DNA from: Promethearchaeota archaeon
GTDB lineage: Archaea; Asgardarchaeota; Lokiarchaeia; Sigyniarchaeales; SOKP01
Length of the DNA: 64,000 nt
Direction: 5' to 3'
Assembly (NCBI GenBank): GCA_019058445.1
Contig: JAHPZA010000006.1
Location: 896,001 to 960,000, forward strand
Of this stretch, positions 38,337 to 47,693 are shown piece by piece. The translations under genes and the position numbers were made by a program. A model generated the notes under the pieces. It saw nothing but the letters and a program-made list of their open reading frames with translations. It made no database searches and was not told where the DNA came from. Position 1 is the first letter of the stretch. Each line of letters opens with the position of its first letter.

Positions 38337-39602
38337 ATGGGGCTCAGGATTTTATTAATAAATCCAAATAGGATGCGCAGTCCGCCAGTTATTCCAATTG
38401 GTTTGGAATATTTAACAGCTCCATTAGAAAAACAAGGTTATGATGTTAGGATAGTGGATTTATGCTTTTCTTCCTCTCCTATAGAAGATTTAGAAAATTA
38501 TCTAAGAAAAGAGAAATTTGATATCGTTGGTTTTTCGATTAGAAATATTGATTCTTGTATTTATTTTAATAATGAGTATTATTTGCCAGAATTTAAAAAA
38601 TTGATTGATTGTGTAAAACCACATAAGATTCCAATAATCTTAGGGGGGGCAGGTTTTTCTGCCATGCCCAATGAAATTTTAGAATATCTCCAAGCTGATT
38701 ATGGCATTATTGGTCCTGGTGAACGAGCATTTCCTAAGTTTTTAGAGGCATGGCAAGCAGATCAATTAGAAAACAAGATATTTAATGGATGGAATTATGG
38801 ATTAGATGATGATTTAATACAATTAAGAGCTAAAAGAGTTGATTATCAGAACTATTATTCTAATGAGGGAATAATTGGCTTTTCAACCCACGCGGGTTGT
38901 CAAAATCAATGTCCTTATTGTATAGAAGCAGGTACTAGGGTTTCATTTAGAAAAATACCAAATATCTTGAAAGAGATTGAGCATTTAGTAAATCTTGGTT
39001 ATACACATTTTCATTTATGTGATAGTGAATTTAATTCTGATTTAAATTACTCCATTGATTTTTGTAATGCTTTGGCAGAAAAATCCTTTCCCTTGAAATG
39101 GACGTTATATATGAAGCCATTTCCCTATAATGAGAAATTATTTCGAGTTCTGCATGAGTCTAATGCGTATTTAATAACACTTTCAGTTGATAGTGATAAG
39201 ATAACTCAAACCCTCAATAATTATTCTTATGATGATCTAGCTAAAATTATAGAACTTTGTAATAAATATAAAATTGAGGTAGCAATTGATTTGTTGACAG
39301 GTTATCCTTACGAGACGATCGATTCTACTATAGAAATATTAAAATTCTTTCAAAAGAATCGTCCTAAAACAGTTGGAATTAGTTTTTATTACCGCATATA
39401 TAAAAATACATCATTAGAAAACTCGATTAAAAATGACCCAGCTTTGCAAAAAAAACTTACCAGAGCATATATGGAAAAGGAAAACTTTTTGGAACCTATT
39501 TTTTTTAGCCAATATGAACAGGATGATTTAGAAGAGATAATTGCTGGGGATCAACTTTTCCGGATAGCTGGGGTTGAGGCTGGAGTGAACTATCAGCTAT
39601 AG
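38337..39602 (+). CDS. Cobalamin-binding radical SAM protein
   Basis: N-terminal B12 domain (PIGLEYL, SIRNID, GGAGFS, GPGE) and CQNQCPYC cluster motif. Confidence 0.88.
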   Translation: MGLRILLINPNRMRSPPVIPIGLEYLTAPLEKQGYDVRIVDLCFSSSPIEDLENYLRKEKFDIVGFSIRNIDSCIYFNNEYYLPEFKKLIDCVKPHKIPIILGGAGFSAMPNEILEYLQADYGIIGPGERAFPKFLEAWQADQLENKIFNGWNYGLDDDLIQLRAKRVDYQNYYSNEGIIGFSTHAGCQNQCPYCIEAGTRVSFRKIPNILKEIEHLVNLGYTHFHLCDSEFNSDLNYSIDFCNALAEKSFPLKWTLYMKPFPYNEKLFRVLHESNAYLITLSVDSDKITQTLNNYSYDDLAKIIELCNKYKIEVAIDLLTGYPYETIDSTIEILKFFQKNRPKTVGISFYYRIYKNTSLENSIKNDPALQKKLTRAYMEKENFLEPIFFSQYEQDDLEEIIAGDQLFRIAGVEAGVNYQL

Positions 39603-39701
39603 AAAATTAACTTTTTCGGAAAGAAATTATTAGGGTAAGTCAAATAGATTAAAACTTTTAAATAGAAATAAAGCATTATTACAAATTGGAGGTTTAAAAA
39701 A

Positions 39702-39905
39702 ATGCCAATCGTCCATGTTAATGTTTGGAAAGGTTTTGGAGAAGAAAGAGTGAAAGTCTTAATTCAAAAAATAACACAAGCATTTGTTGATTTGGGAGTC
39801 CCCCAACATGCTGTAGAAATAGTAGTTCATGAAATTCCCAAAACACATTGGGGTGTTGGTGGAGAACCAGCTTCAGAAAAATTACCAGATGCGGGACCAA
39901 AATAG
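39702..39905 (+). CDS. 4-oxalocrotonate tautomerase family protein
   Basis: N-terminal catalytic Pro (MPIVHV), HEIPKTHWGVGG, and a GGAGGT RBS at 39688. Confidence 0.9.
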   Translation: MPIVHVNVWKGFGEERVKVLIQKITQAFVDLGVPQHAVEIVVHEIPKTHWGVGGEPASEKLPDAGPK

Positions 39906-40014
39906 TAAAAGAAATAGTAATAGAAATAAAAAAATTACTCTTTTTCTCTCTTTTTAATATCTTCAACGAAGCAATAATTAAAGAATTTTAAAAAATAAAG
40001 AATAGTTATAAAAA

Positions 40015-41136
40015 TTAATTAATGTTCAAATTTTCTTTTAATTTTTCTGCTAATGTTCCTAATCTGTTAGCTGTTGCTGATATTTCTTCCATTGAGGCTG
40101 TTTGTTCTTCAGTTGAAGCACTTATACCTTCCATTGAGGTTGTTGCAATCTGTATTTTTTTAATTATTTCATTAATTTTCTGCCCTGTATTCCCTACTGT
40201 AGATTTTGATTCTTCAGCTAATTTTCTAACCTCATCAGCAACCACGGCAAAACCTCTACCGTATTCACCAGCCCTTCCGGCTTCAATACTGGCATTTAAT
40301 GCTAATAAGTTGGTTTGTTCTGCAATATTTTGAATTAAATGCATTATATTCCGTAAATCATCGGAATTATTTTTAATTGCTAGAGCTTCTTGATTAACAT
40401 TTTGAACAGTTGAAGCGATCTCTTCAGAAGATGCATTTACTTCACTCGCGCTAGCTGCTAACTCAGTAGCTATATTCGATACGTTAATACTGGTTTCTGA
40501 AGCAGCGGAAATTACATTTATTAGTTTTTTATTTGTTTTTTCAAGCTGAAATTCTATATTCGCAACAATGCCATTAACAAGCAATATTGTTATATAAATT
40601 GTTGCTGAGATATTACCTAATAATAACGTTAGTTCTATGTCATAGTATGGAATAGTCTGAAAAAGGAGACCCATACATGCTGTAGATGAACATATCATAA
40701 AAAGTAGTGTTGTTGTTAGTTTTGTCTTAAGATATAATCGAAAAAGCATTATACTAGCTATAATTAGCAAAATTACTAAAAAAACCTGAAGTGCAATTAT
40801 AAATGGGCTAACAACGACAGCAGCAGTTAAAGAATTTGCTATTTGAGATTTTTTATCAGTAGGTTTTATATAGAATTTATAGTAATCTTTGAAAGCAGCA
40901 AAAAAAATGAATAATACGGTGATTATAAATATTAAATTAGCAATCAGTTGAATGGTAAAATCTACAAATTGAAAAATATAGAAGATATTTCCTAATGTAA
41001 ATGAAACGTAAATTGGTAACCAGCGAAACAATGTCCTATTCCGAAGACAAGCGATAAAAAAGATGATACTTCCAAGAATTAATAATATTGTATTAATTAT
41101 TGAAATTATAATTATAATTTCAACCACAGATACCAT
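40015..41136 (-). CDS. Methyl-accepting chemotaxis-like protein with 6-TM sensor domain
   Basis: [38 protein letters not shown] hairpin tip; six N-terminal hydrophobic helices. Confidence 0.9.
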   Translation of the reverse strand: MVSVVEIIIIISIINTILLILGSIIFFIACLRNRTLFRWLPIYVSFTLGNIFYIFQFVDFTIQLIANLIFIITVLFIFFAAFKDYYKFYIKPTDKKSQIANSLTAAVVVSPFIIALQVFLVILLIIASIMLFRLYLKTKLTTTLLFMICSSTACMGLLFQTIPYYDIELTLLLGNISATIYITILLVNGIVANIEFQLEKTNKKLINVISAASETSINVSNIATELAASASEVNASSEEIASTVQNVNQEALAIKNNSDDLRNIMHLIQNIAEQTNLLALNASIEAGRAGEYGRGFAVVADEVRKLAEESKSTVGNTGQKINEIIKKIQIATTSMEGISASTEEQTASMEEISATANRLGTLAEKLKENLNIN

Positions 41137-41345
41137 AATATCCCCTTTAGGTATAATTTATTTATGAGATTTTAAAATTTCTCAAATTAGTAATTAAAAC
41201 ATCGGGTGTTAATATTTAAACCGTAATTAAAATGAGTTTGTTGTTCTATGCAGAAGAACATAGTTTTTAAGACGATTAAAAACCTCTTAGCTAAAATTCT
41301 TAACTACAATTAGATATTATGAAATTTAAAAAAATTGATTTTAAA

Positions 41346-43169
41346 CTAAAGTTTTTCTCCTTTTATATCTTCTTCATATTTCTTTCTACGATCTGTTAGA
41401 TATGCTGGTATCGGTACATCCCACCACCCTACTGCTGGTGATCCTGTGAAGGGAAATTCCCTTTGTACTTGAATCTCTATAACAGAAGGTTTACTTGATT
41501 TGGCAGCTCTTTCTAATGCAGGAATTATCTCTTCTTTCTTAGAAATCTTTTCAGCATAACAACCGAAAGCTTCCCCTATTTTAGCAAAATCAGGAGAGTA
41601 GGTATTTCCATCTTTATCTTCAAAAGCAGTTCCATAACCTCGTTCCTCACCAAAAGCAGCTTGCTGTAAATCCTTAATTGCAATCCACCCATGATTATTT
41701 AATACGAGAAAGAAAATGTTAGAAAGTCCCAGTTGAACAGCCATTGACAATTCAGAGATTGTCATCATAAAATCTCCATCGCCAACCAATCCTACGACCT
41801 GGCGGTTAGGTTTGCCAATATCAATTGATCCTAACTTAGCTCCGATAGTCGCTGGAACAGTATAGCCCATAGTAGAAAAACCTCCAGCAGTAAGGCATGT
41901 TCTTGGCTCATAAAATTCTAATTCTTGAAGCATTTGAGCTTGTACATTACCGGAGCTAGTCACAATTACAGCATCTTTATCAAAAAACTTTCGAACTTCT
42001 TTCAATACAGTCGAAATCATAACAGGTACTTTGGAGTCATCGGTATGCTCCGCGAGAAACTCAAACCATTTTTTTTTTTCTTCTTGCATCTCTTTAAAAT
42101 AATCTGTTTTTACATAATCCTTTGAAAAATTTTGAGCTTCTAACTCTTCTATAATTTGGTTCAGACATGCTTTCGCGTCTCCAAAAATACCTACTGATAC
42201 AGGATAGTTTTTACCTATTTCATGGGGATCTATATCAATTTGAATTAATTTTGTCGGAGGAATTGAGAAAGTAACGCCATCCTTATAAGAAGCGGCTGTT
42301 TCATCAGCAAATCTGCATCCTACTGCTAAAATAACATCCGCTTTTGATGTCATATTTAAGCCAATCGTTGTTCCCTTAGATCCCGCAGACCAGCAATAAA
42401 GTGGATGATCATTCGGAATCACATCTTTACCCATCATTGTAACAACAACAGCAGCTCCTATTTTTTCTGCTAATTTCTGAACTTCACTCGTAGCTTCCGC
42501 TGTAATTACACCTCCACCTATGAATAATACAGGTCTTTTCGCATTTTTTAAAAGATCTACTGCTTGCTTAATTAACTCTGGATCTCCAAAGGTTCTTCCC
42601 GTAGCTCTTCTTTCTAAAGGTTCAGGAATTTCAACATTTATTGCTTCTGCTTGAACATTCATTGGTAGATCAATCACTACTGGTCCTTTTCTCCCTGTGA
42701 GCATTTGATTAAACGCGCGTTGCATAATTGTTGGGAGTTGTTCTACAGAACTTACTTGCCAGTTGCGTTTAACTATTGGTTCTAAAATTCTGGGCATATC
42801 TGAATCTCTTCCTCGTTCTATTTCTTGTAACACTCCTTTACCACGCATATGCACATGTGTGTCGCCATTAATTACTAACACTGGCATAGAATCAACATAT
42901 GCATCTGCTAAGCCGATTGCGGTATTAATTGCACCAGGTCCTATTGAAGTAAATACCATGAGTGGTTTTCCAGTTATCCTATAATATCCAACTGCGCAAT
43001 GAACTCCGCCCATTTCTTGCTTAGGTTGGATTAATTGGATTTTATCTTTGTTCCGAAAAAGAGCATCCGTTAAGGGTAAACATCCATGCCCCGGAATTCC
43101 GAAAACATACTTCATACCTTCTTTTATGAGATATTTTACTATTATTTCACTTCCAGTATACTTCGCCAT
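41346..43169 (-). CDS. Thiamine-diphosphate-dependent enzyme (acetolactate synthase-like family)
   Basis: FGIPG, QE, SIGPG, QIDID and GDGDFMM...LNN motifs. Confidence 0.88.
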   Translation of the reverse strand: MAKYTGSEIIVKYLIKEGMKYVFGIPGHGCLPLTDALFRNKDKIQLIQPKQEMGGVHCAVGYYRITGKPLMVFTSIGPGAINTAIGLADAYVDSMPVLVINGDTHVHMRGKGVLQEIERGRDSDMPRILEPIVKRNWQVSSVEQLPTIMQRAFNQMLTGRKGPVVIDLPMNVQAEAINVEIPEPLERRATGRTFGDPELIKQAVDLLKNAKRPVLFIGGGVITAEATSEVQKLAEKIGAAVVVTMMGKDVIPNDHPLYCWSAGSKGTTIGLNMTSKADVILAVGCRFADETAASYKDGVTFSIPPTKLIQIDIDPHEIGKNYPVSVGIFGDAKACLNQIIEELEAQNFSKDYVKTDYFKEMQEEKKKWFEFLAEHTDDSKVPVMISTVLKEVRKFFDKDAVIVTSSGNVQAQMLQELEFYEPRTCLTAGGFSTMGYTVPATIGAKLGSIDIGKPNRQVVGLVGDGDFMMTISELSMAVQLGLSNIFFLVLNNHGWIAIKDLQQAAFGEERGYGTAFEDKDGNTYSPDFAKIGEAFGCYAEKISKKEEIIPALERAAKSSKPSVIEIQVQREFPFTGSPAVGWWDVPIPAYLTDRRKKYEEDIKGEKL

Positions 43170-43311
43170 AATAACCAGTCACATACTGTTTTATTTTAAT
43201 AAATAAAATTATGAAAGGAGAATTTAAAACTTTAATAATTGGAGATAAGATTTTTTTATAACCTTATCTCAAAGATTAAAAAAAACTAAAAGTTAAAATT
43301 AAGTAGAGCTA

Positions 43312-43476
43312 TCATTTATTTCCAGACTCTTTTTCAAACTCTTTTTTCAAATATTCTATGAGATTATCTGCAAATGCTTCGGTAGGGCATGCAACTCCAA
43401 TGTGGTGTGTAGCACCTTCGGTATGATCATGATGCTCGCACCCACAATCGTCAACATGTCTTTTTTTATCACTCAT
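43312..43476 (-). CDS. His/Cys-rich 54-aa microprotein (not in ORF track)
   Basis: MSDKKRHVDDCGCEHHDHTEGATHHIGVACPTEAFADNLIEYLKKEFEKESGNK; starts 28 nt after the upstream gene on the same strand and is GC-richer than its flanks. Confidence 0.75.
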   Translation of the reverse strand: MSDKKRHVDDCGCEHHDHTEGATHHIGVACPTEAFADNLIEYLKKEFEKESGNK

Positions 43477-43504
43477 TATAATACAATAATTGAATTGTAA
43501 CTTA

Positions 43505-44299
43505 TTAAATTTTAAGATTGAAAAGAATGAAAAGGGAGTTTATTACAAGTCTAATGCCTATTACCGTGAGTAATAGTAAAACCAATAACTTAAACTTCTT
43601 TTTGGGGATTCTTGGTGTTAGCCAATGACCGACTTTCGTCATTAAATATGTAATAATTATACCAATCAAGAAAAGAATAATTAAATCCATTGGAAATAAA
43701 TCATATGATACGTATATTACCAACCTGAACGAGCAGACCATAATACTTATGAAAGAAAAATTTCCTATGAAACTTTCACGTTGATGCCCTCTCTTTTCTA
43801 AAATTACGACATTTATGGGGCCTGGCGTCCCAATTAAACCCCCAATAAAGCCGTATGAAAAAGCCCCCGGATATATTATGGAATTTGGCACATATTTCAA
43901 ATGAGATTCTGTAAATTGTGTTTCTTTGACAGGAATTTCATCATTCTCTTTTTTAATTCCCCTAAATTTAGCAACAATAAACGCAATGATAAAAATACCG
44001 AGTGATAATTCAACTATAGGAATCGGCGCTATGACCAAAAGTAATGCTCCTATAGTAACACCAAGAATGCCAGGTATTATATACTTCTTAATTAATAGCT
44101 TATCAAAATACTGTCTGTATTTAATAGTATTAAAAATTGATAAGGTTGTAGTCCAAAATCCCATTAAAACGATTGCTATTTGAATACCTAAAAAAAGAGC
44201 GGCTATAGGAATAAAGATTAATGAGTCACCAAATCCTAAGGTGGATCCTACGAGAATTGCAAAAGCTAAAACAAGCAAGATAAAAATATATTCTTCCAT
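43505..44299 (-). CDS. TSUP (TauE/SafE) family transporter
   Basis: About 8 TM segments, GSTLGFGDSLIFIP and GFIGGLIGTPGP repeats. Confidence 0.85.
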   Translation of the reverse strand: MEEYIFILLVLAFAILVGSTLGFGDSLIFIPIAALFLGIQIAIVLMGFWTTTLSIFNTIKYRQYFDKLLIKKYIIPGILGVTIGALLLVIAPIPIVELSLGIFIIAFIVAKFRGIKKENDEIPVKETQFTESHLKYVPNSIIYPGAFSYGFIGGLIGTPGPINVVILEKRGHQRESFIGNFSFISIMVCSFRLVIYVSYDLFPMDLIILFLIGIIITYLMTKVGHWLTPRIPKKKFKLLVLLLLTVIGIRLVINSLFILFNLKI

Positions 44300-44416
44300 G
44301 AGCTAACAATTCTAAAAAATGAAAGATTTATAAATAATTTTGGTAAAATTATCATTTGCTAGAAACTTACTGCTGTAATTCTGAGATAAACAATCTACAT
44401 ATTTAGTAAAATCATA

Positions 44417-45325
44417 TCAGAGAATATCAGAGGGCAGAACCTTTCTGAAAGGTCCTGATAACTTATCTGGAAATCCAGGATTTAATTTCAAAATTGCTGC
44501 AAGATGAAAAACTCCCCAAGATCCACACATATCACAATTAACATCATTCCCATAACAACAAAACGGAACTTCAAATCCCTTTTTTCCTAGATAAAGCGGG
44601 AGAGCATATTTTTTTAAAGGACAATTATTTGTTATTTGCATAGCATTTTGAGATAAGAGCAATCTAAGCACCATATTATTATTTAGAATGAATTTTGGAT
44701 ATTTTTTTTTTAAAGTAATTATTTTCTTCACAGCAGAATCGCGTTCTTTTAGATTTTCCCATTTAAATTCGGAAGTGTCTTTTTTCTTAGGTACATAAAA
44801 TGTGAAAGTTATACCTCTTATTGGTGTTTCTTCGGACAAAATATTAATTAACTCTTCCATAAAATCTTTATTAATATTTGTAACTGTACAATTACATTGA
44901 AGATCTCCTTGAAAATCCTCAGTTAAGTTATTTAAATTAGATAAAACTTTATTGAAGCTTCCATATCCCCGGATCATATCATTAATTTCTTCAGGCCCAT
45001 CTAATGAAATAGTCCATTTTATATTTGAACCTAAATTAAATAAGGGTAATGTTCCATTAGTAGCAATAACATTTTCTTGGAATAATTTAACACCTAACTT
45101 TAATACATCTTTTCTAAGAAGAGGTTCTCCTCCCATCCATAACATTCTAAATATTGAGTGTTTTCTTTTATAATTTTTAAGAATTTTTACCATTACCTCT
45201 GCTGGCATCTCATTTATCTTAGTAGGTGTATTTGGGGTACCTTCCCGAAAAACAAAACAGTGCTTACATTTCAAATTACATCTATTTGTAATGTTTGCTA
45301 AAGCTAATAGATAAGTTTTTTCCAT
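44417..45325 (-). CDS. Radical SAM protein with C-terminal Cys cluster
   Basis: CNLKCKHC, GGEPLL, TNG, SLDG and C-terminal C...CC...CDMC. ATG 45325 preferred over TTG 45352. Confidence 0.88.
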   Translation of the reverse strand: MEKTYLLALANITNRCNLKCKHCFVFREGTPNTPTKINEMPAEVMVKILKNYKRKHSIFRMLWMGGEPLLRKDVLKLGVKLFQENVIATNGTLPLFNLGSNIKWTISLDGPEEINDMIRGYGSFNKVLSNLNNLTEDFQGDLQCNCTVTNINKDFMEELINILSEETPIRGITFTFYVPKKKDTSEFKWENLKERDSAVKKIITLKKKYPKFILNNNMVLRLLLSQNAMQITNNCPLKKYALPLYLGKKGFEVPFCCYGNDVNCDMCGSWGVFHLAAILKLNPGFPDKLSGPFRKVLPSDIL

Positions 45326-45375
45326 TGTTTTCACTCTTTTTAAGGATAACAAAAATATAATAAAAAAAAGTTATT

Positions 45376-45969
45376 TCATTTTTTTGAATTTTCATTAGTA
45401 AATACCATTTCTTTGCTGATTATTTGCCATGTTCTCCAGCCATTTGCGACCTTTTCTTTAACATTTTTAATAAATGCAAGATATCCTACATCACGGCAAT
45501 TTTTCAAATTTTGAGCGGGATCTCGATTATATCGGGTATAAATCATTTTCATAAATTGTCCTTTATCTGCTATTGGCATAGATCTTGAATTTACGTGAGG
45601 ACAGGGATTTTCCGATTCGGGATTATAGTCCTTACATTCAGCGCAAGTCCAATAACCTTTAGCTTTCACACAGTTTGATATGCTACATATTTGAGAAGTT
45701 CGACTGCCTTGAGAACATCCCTGACAGGTTCCTTGTTTATTAGTTTTTATGTATTTATGTAATGTTTTTAATGTAGTTTTTATCCCCTTTTGATCTAAAC
45801 CCATTACTGATCCTACATCTAAAATATTCCACCCTTCCCAAATATCTACAATTTTTTTAGCCGCTTCTATACCATCTCCAATATAATAGTCACACCCTAA
45901 ACATAGGATACCACATCTACCTAAAATTCCTCTATCTTCTTCTTTTACTTCATCAAAGTTTAAACCCAG
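45376..45969 (-). CDS. DUF3795-like Cys-rich protein, probable CTG start (track ORF truncated at 45804)
   Basis: In-frame upstream extension encodes RCGILCLGC; the downstream part has CQGC, C...C and CAEC...C. GGTGA lies 7 nt before CTG 45969. Confidence 0.78.
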   Translation of the reverse strand: MGLNFDEVKEEDRGILGRCGILCLGCDYYIGDGIEAAKKIVDIWEGWNILDVGSVMGLDQKGIKTTLKTLHKYIKTNKQGTCQGCSQGSRTSQICSISNCVKAKGYWTCAECKDYNPESENPCPHVNSRSMPIADKGQFMKMIYTRYNRDPAQNLKNCRDVGYLAFIKNVKEKVANGWRTWQIISKEMVFTNENSKK

Positions 45970-46159
45970 TTTGAATTCACCTATTGATATGTAATTTAAT
46001 AATTATTACGTGTTAATTTAAAAAGTAAACTAACTTTAAATATTAAAATCATTTGATATTATATAAATCATAAAGTAACAATTTTTTCATCAATTTTACT
46101 TTTCTATACTTAATATAAGATGATAAAGGAAATGAGAAATAAATCAAAAGGCGATAGAA

Positions 46160-46630
46160 ATGGTAGTTTTCGACTTAGAGAATTTTAAAGAAGTTATTAG
46201 TCTTATCGACTCTATGCAAGAAGCAGTAGCTTTAGGAATAGAACGAGAATTGAAAAAACCAAAACAGAAAAAAAAAATTGTTAAAATGGATAGAAGTTTT
46301 ATTCAGGAAGTATCTGGTTTATTGCAAGGTAAATGGACGGTTGATATATTATGGATGATTTTATTTTTAGAAAATCCATTTTTCAATGATATTAGAAGAG
46401 CTTTACCAGAAATAAACACTCGAACGCTTGCTACTAGACTAAAATCCTTAGAGGAAAAAGAATTAATAAAAAGAACAGTCCACACTGGAAAACCTGTTCG
46501 GGTTTCTTATAAAATAACTAAATTTGGGAAAGGATTAACTTTTTTTTTCTTTCCATTTGGGATATATGTGATTTTAGAACGTAATAAAAAGCGAAATGAA
46601 TCAAATAAAAAGATTGATGGGGTTAATTAA
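46160..46630 (+). CDS. HxlR-family winged-HTH transcriptional regulator
   Basis: LQGKWTVDIL, FNDIRRALPEINTRTLATRLKSLE and PVRVSYKITKFG. Confidence 0.88.
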   Translation: MVVFDLENFKEVISLIDSMQEAVALGIERELKKPKQKKKIVKMDRSFIQEVSGLLQGKWTVDILWMILFLENPFFNDIRRALPEINTRTLATRLKSLEEKELIKRTVHTGKPVRVSYKITKFGKGLTFFFFPFGIYVILERNKKRNESNKKIDGVN

Positions 46631-46666
46631 AGAGAATTTATTAATTTTTATTAGAAAAAGAAAAAC

Positions 46667-47443
46667 TTATATAATTTTGGCAAAAATTTTCTTTGCTTCT
46701 TGATAAGAAGTATTGTTAGGTGAGAGTTCCAGTAAATTTCCATCCATTAGGTTTAACTTGCTTATTTCATCGTTATTGGAGATAAAACCTAATAATTTAA
46801 GATTATCCCTATCTAATTTATCAATTTCTCTTTCTAAAACTTCTTTTAAATCATCAGGGAATCGATTTCCTAAAACCCAAAAATTTTCAAATTGTAGTTT
46901 CAACTCATCTGTAATCTCGAGAATCCGTTTCATGGTATGAATTCCCATTTTTGAGGGATCGGTAACTATTACTAAATCGGTCACATCTCTTCCTGTTTTT
47001 CTGGCAAAGTGTTCTAAACCTGCAGGAGAATCTAATAAAGTAATTTCGTAATTCTTAGATAAACTGTCTATAACTTTTTTAAGCACATCATTAACAAAAC
47101 AATAACATCCTTCGCCCTCCTGACGACCCATCTCCAATAAGTCAAATTCATCCATTTCTATCAGACAATTATATACGTCCGACTCAATTAATTGATTTTT
47201 CGGAGTATTTGGTGATATCTTAAAACCCTGAATTTTATCTTTTAAGACTTTCATTTTACCACCTAATGTATCACAGAATTTAATCTCCTCTCCGATCACA
47301 TCTGCCACATTGGCATCGGGATCAGAATCAATAACTAAGATGTCTTCTGCTTTTTTGGTATCAATGATATATTTTAAGAACAACACTAAACTCGTGGTTT
47401 TACCAACGCCACCTTTTCCAGAAAAAGCGATTATTTTCTTCAA
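46667..47443 (-). CDS. cooC: CooC-like nickel-insertion ATPase (CO dehydrogenase/ACS maturation)
   Basis: GKGGVGKT, IDSDPDAN, EGEGCYC and DSPAGLEHFAR motifs. Confidence 0.82.
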   Translation of the reverse strand: MKKIIAFSGKGGVGKTTSLVLFLKYIIDTKKAEDILVIDSDPDANVADVIGEEIKFCDTLGGKMKVLKDKIQGFKISPNTPKNQLIESDVYNCLIEMDEFDLLEMGRQEGEGCYCFVNDVLKKVIDSLSKNYEITLLDSPAGLEHFARKTGRDVTDLVIVTDPSKMGIHTMKRILEITDELKLQFENFWVLGNRFPDDLKEVLEREIDKLDRDNLKLLGFISNNDEISKLNLMDGNLLELSPNNTSYQEAKKIFAKII

Positions 47444-47693
47444 TTTAATATCAACTTAATTATTATCGTTATCTTAAGTAAAGAAAATAGTGTAAGGATT
47501 AAAAATTTATTATCCATAATTTAAAAGATGAATGGGAAATCTAATAAGAAATTAGAATCTTAGTTTTGAAGAAATTAATAATTAATAATTTAACTAATGA
47601 TCTATATCACTTTGATTCCCCATAAAACTATTCCTGGTTTTTTGAAAAAAATATCATTGTTTTTAATGTATAAAAATTTTGAAATCTTATTTT

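Noticed and set aside
41346-44299. Sulfonate degradation module (Xsc plus TauE)
   Set aside because: The TPP enzyme lacks Xsc-like motifs (it has GIPGHG and SIGPG rather than GIIGSA and QNGPG), and TSUP transporters are functionally broad.
19133-45969. Selenocysteine read-through at TGA-ending ORFs (19133, 43312, 44417, 45376)
   Set aside because: Sequence after each TGA hits another stop quickly or looks non-coding, none sits in a redox motif, and I recognised no SECIS.
46667-47443. CODH/ACS operon
   Set aside because: Only the CooC-like ATPase is present; no catalytic subunits lie in the window.
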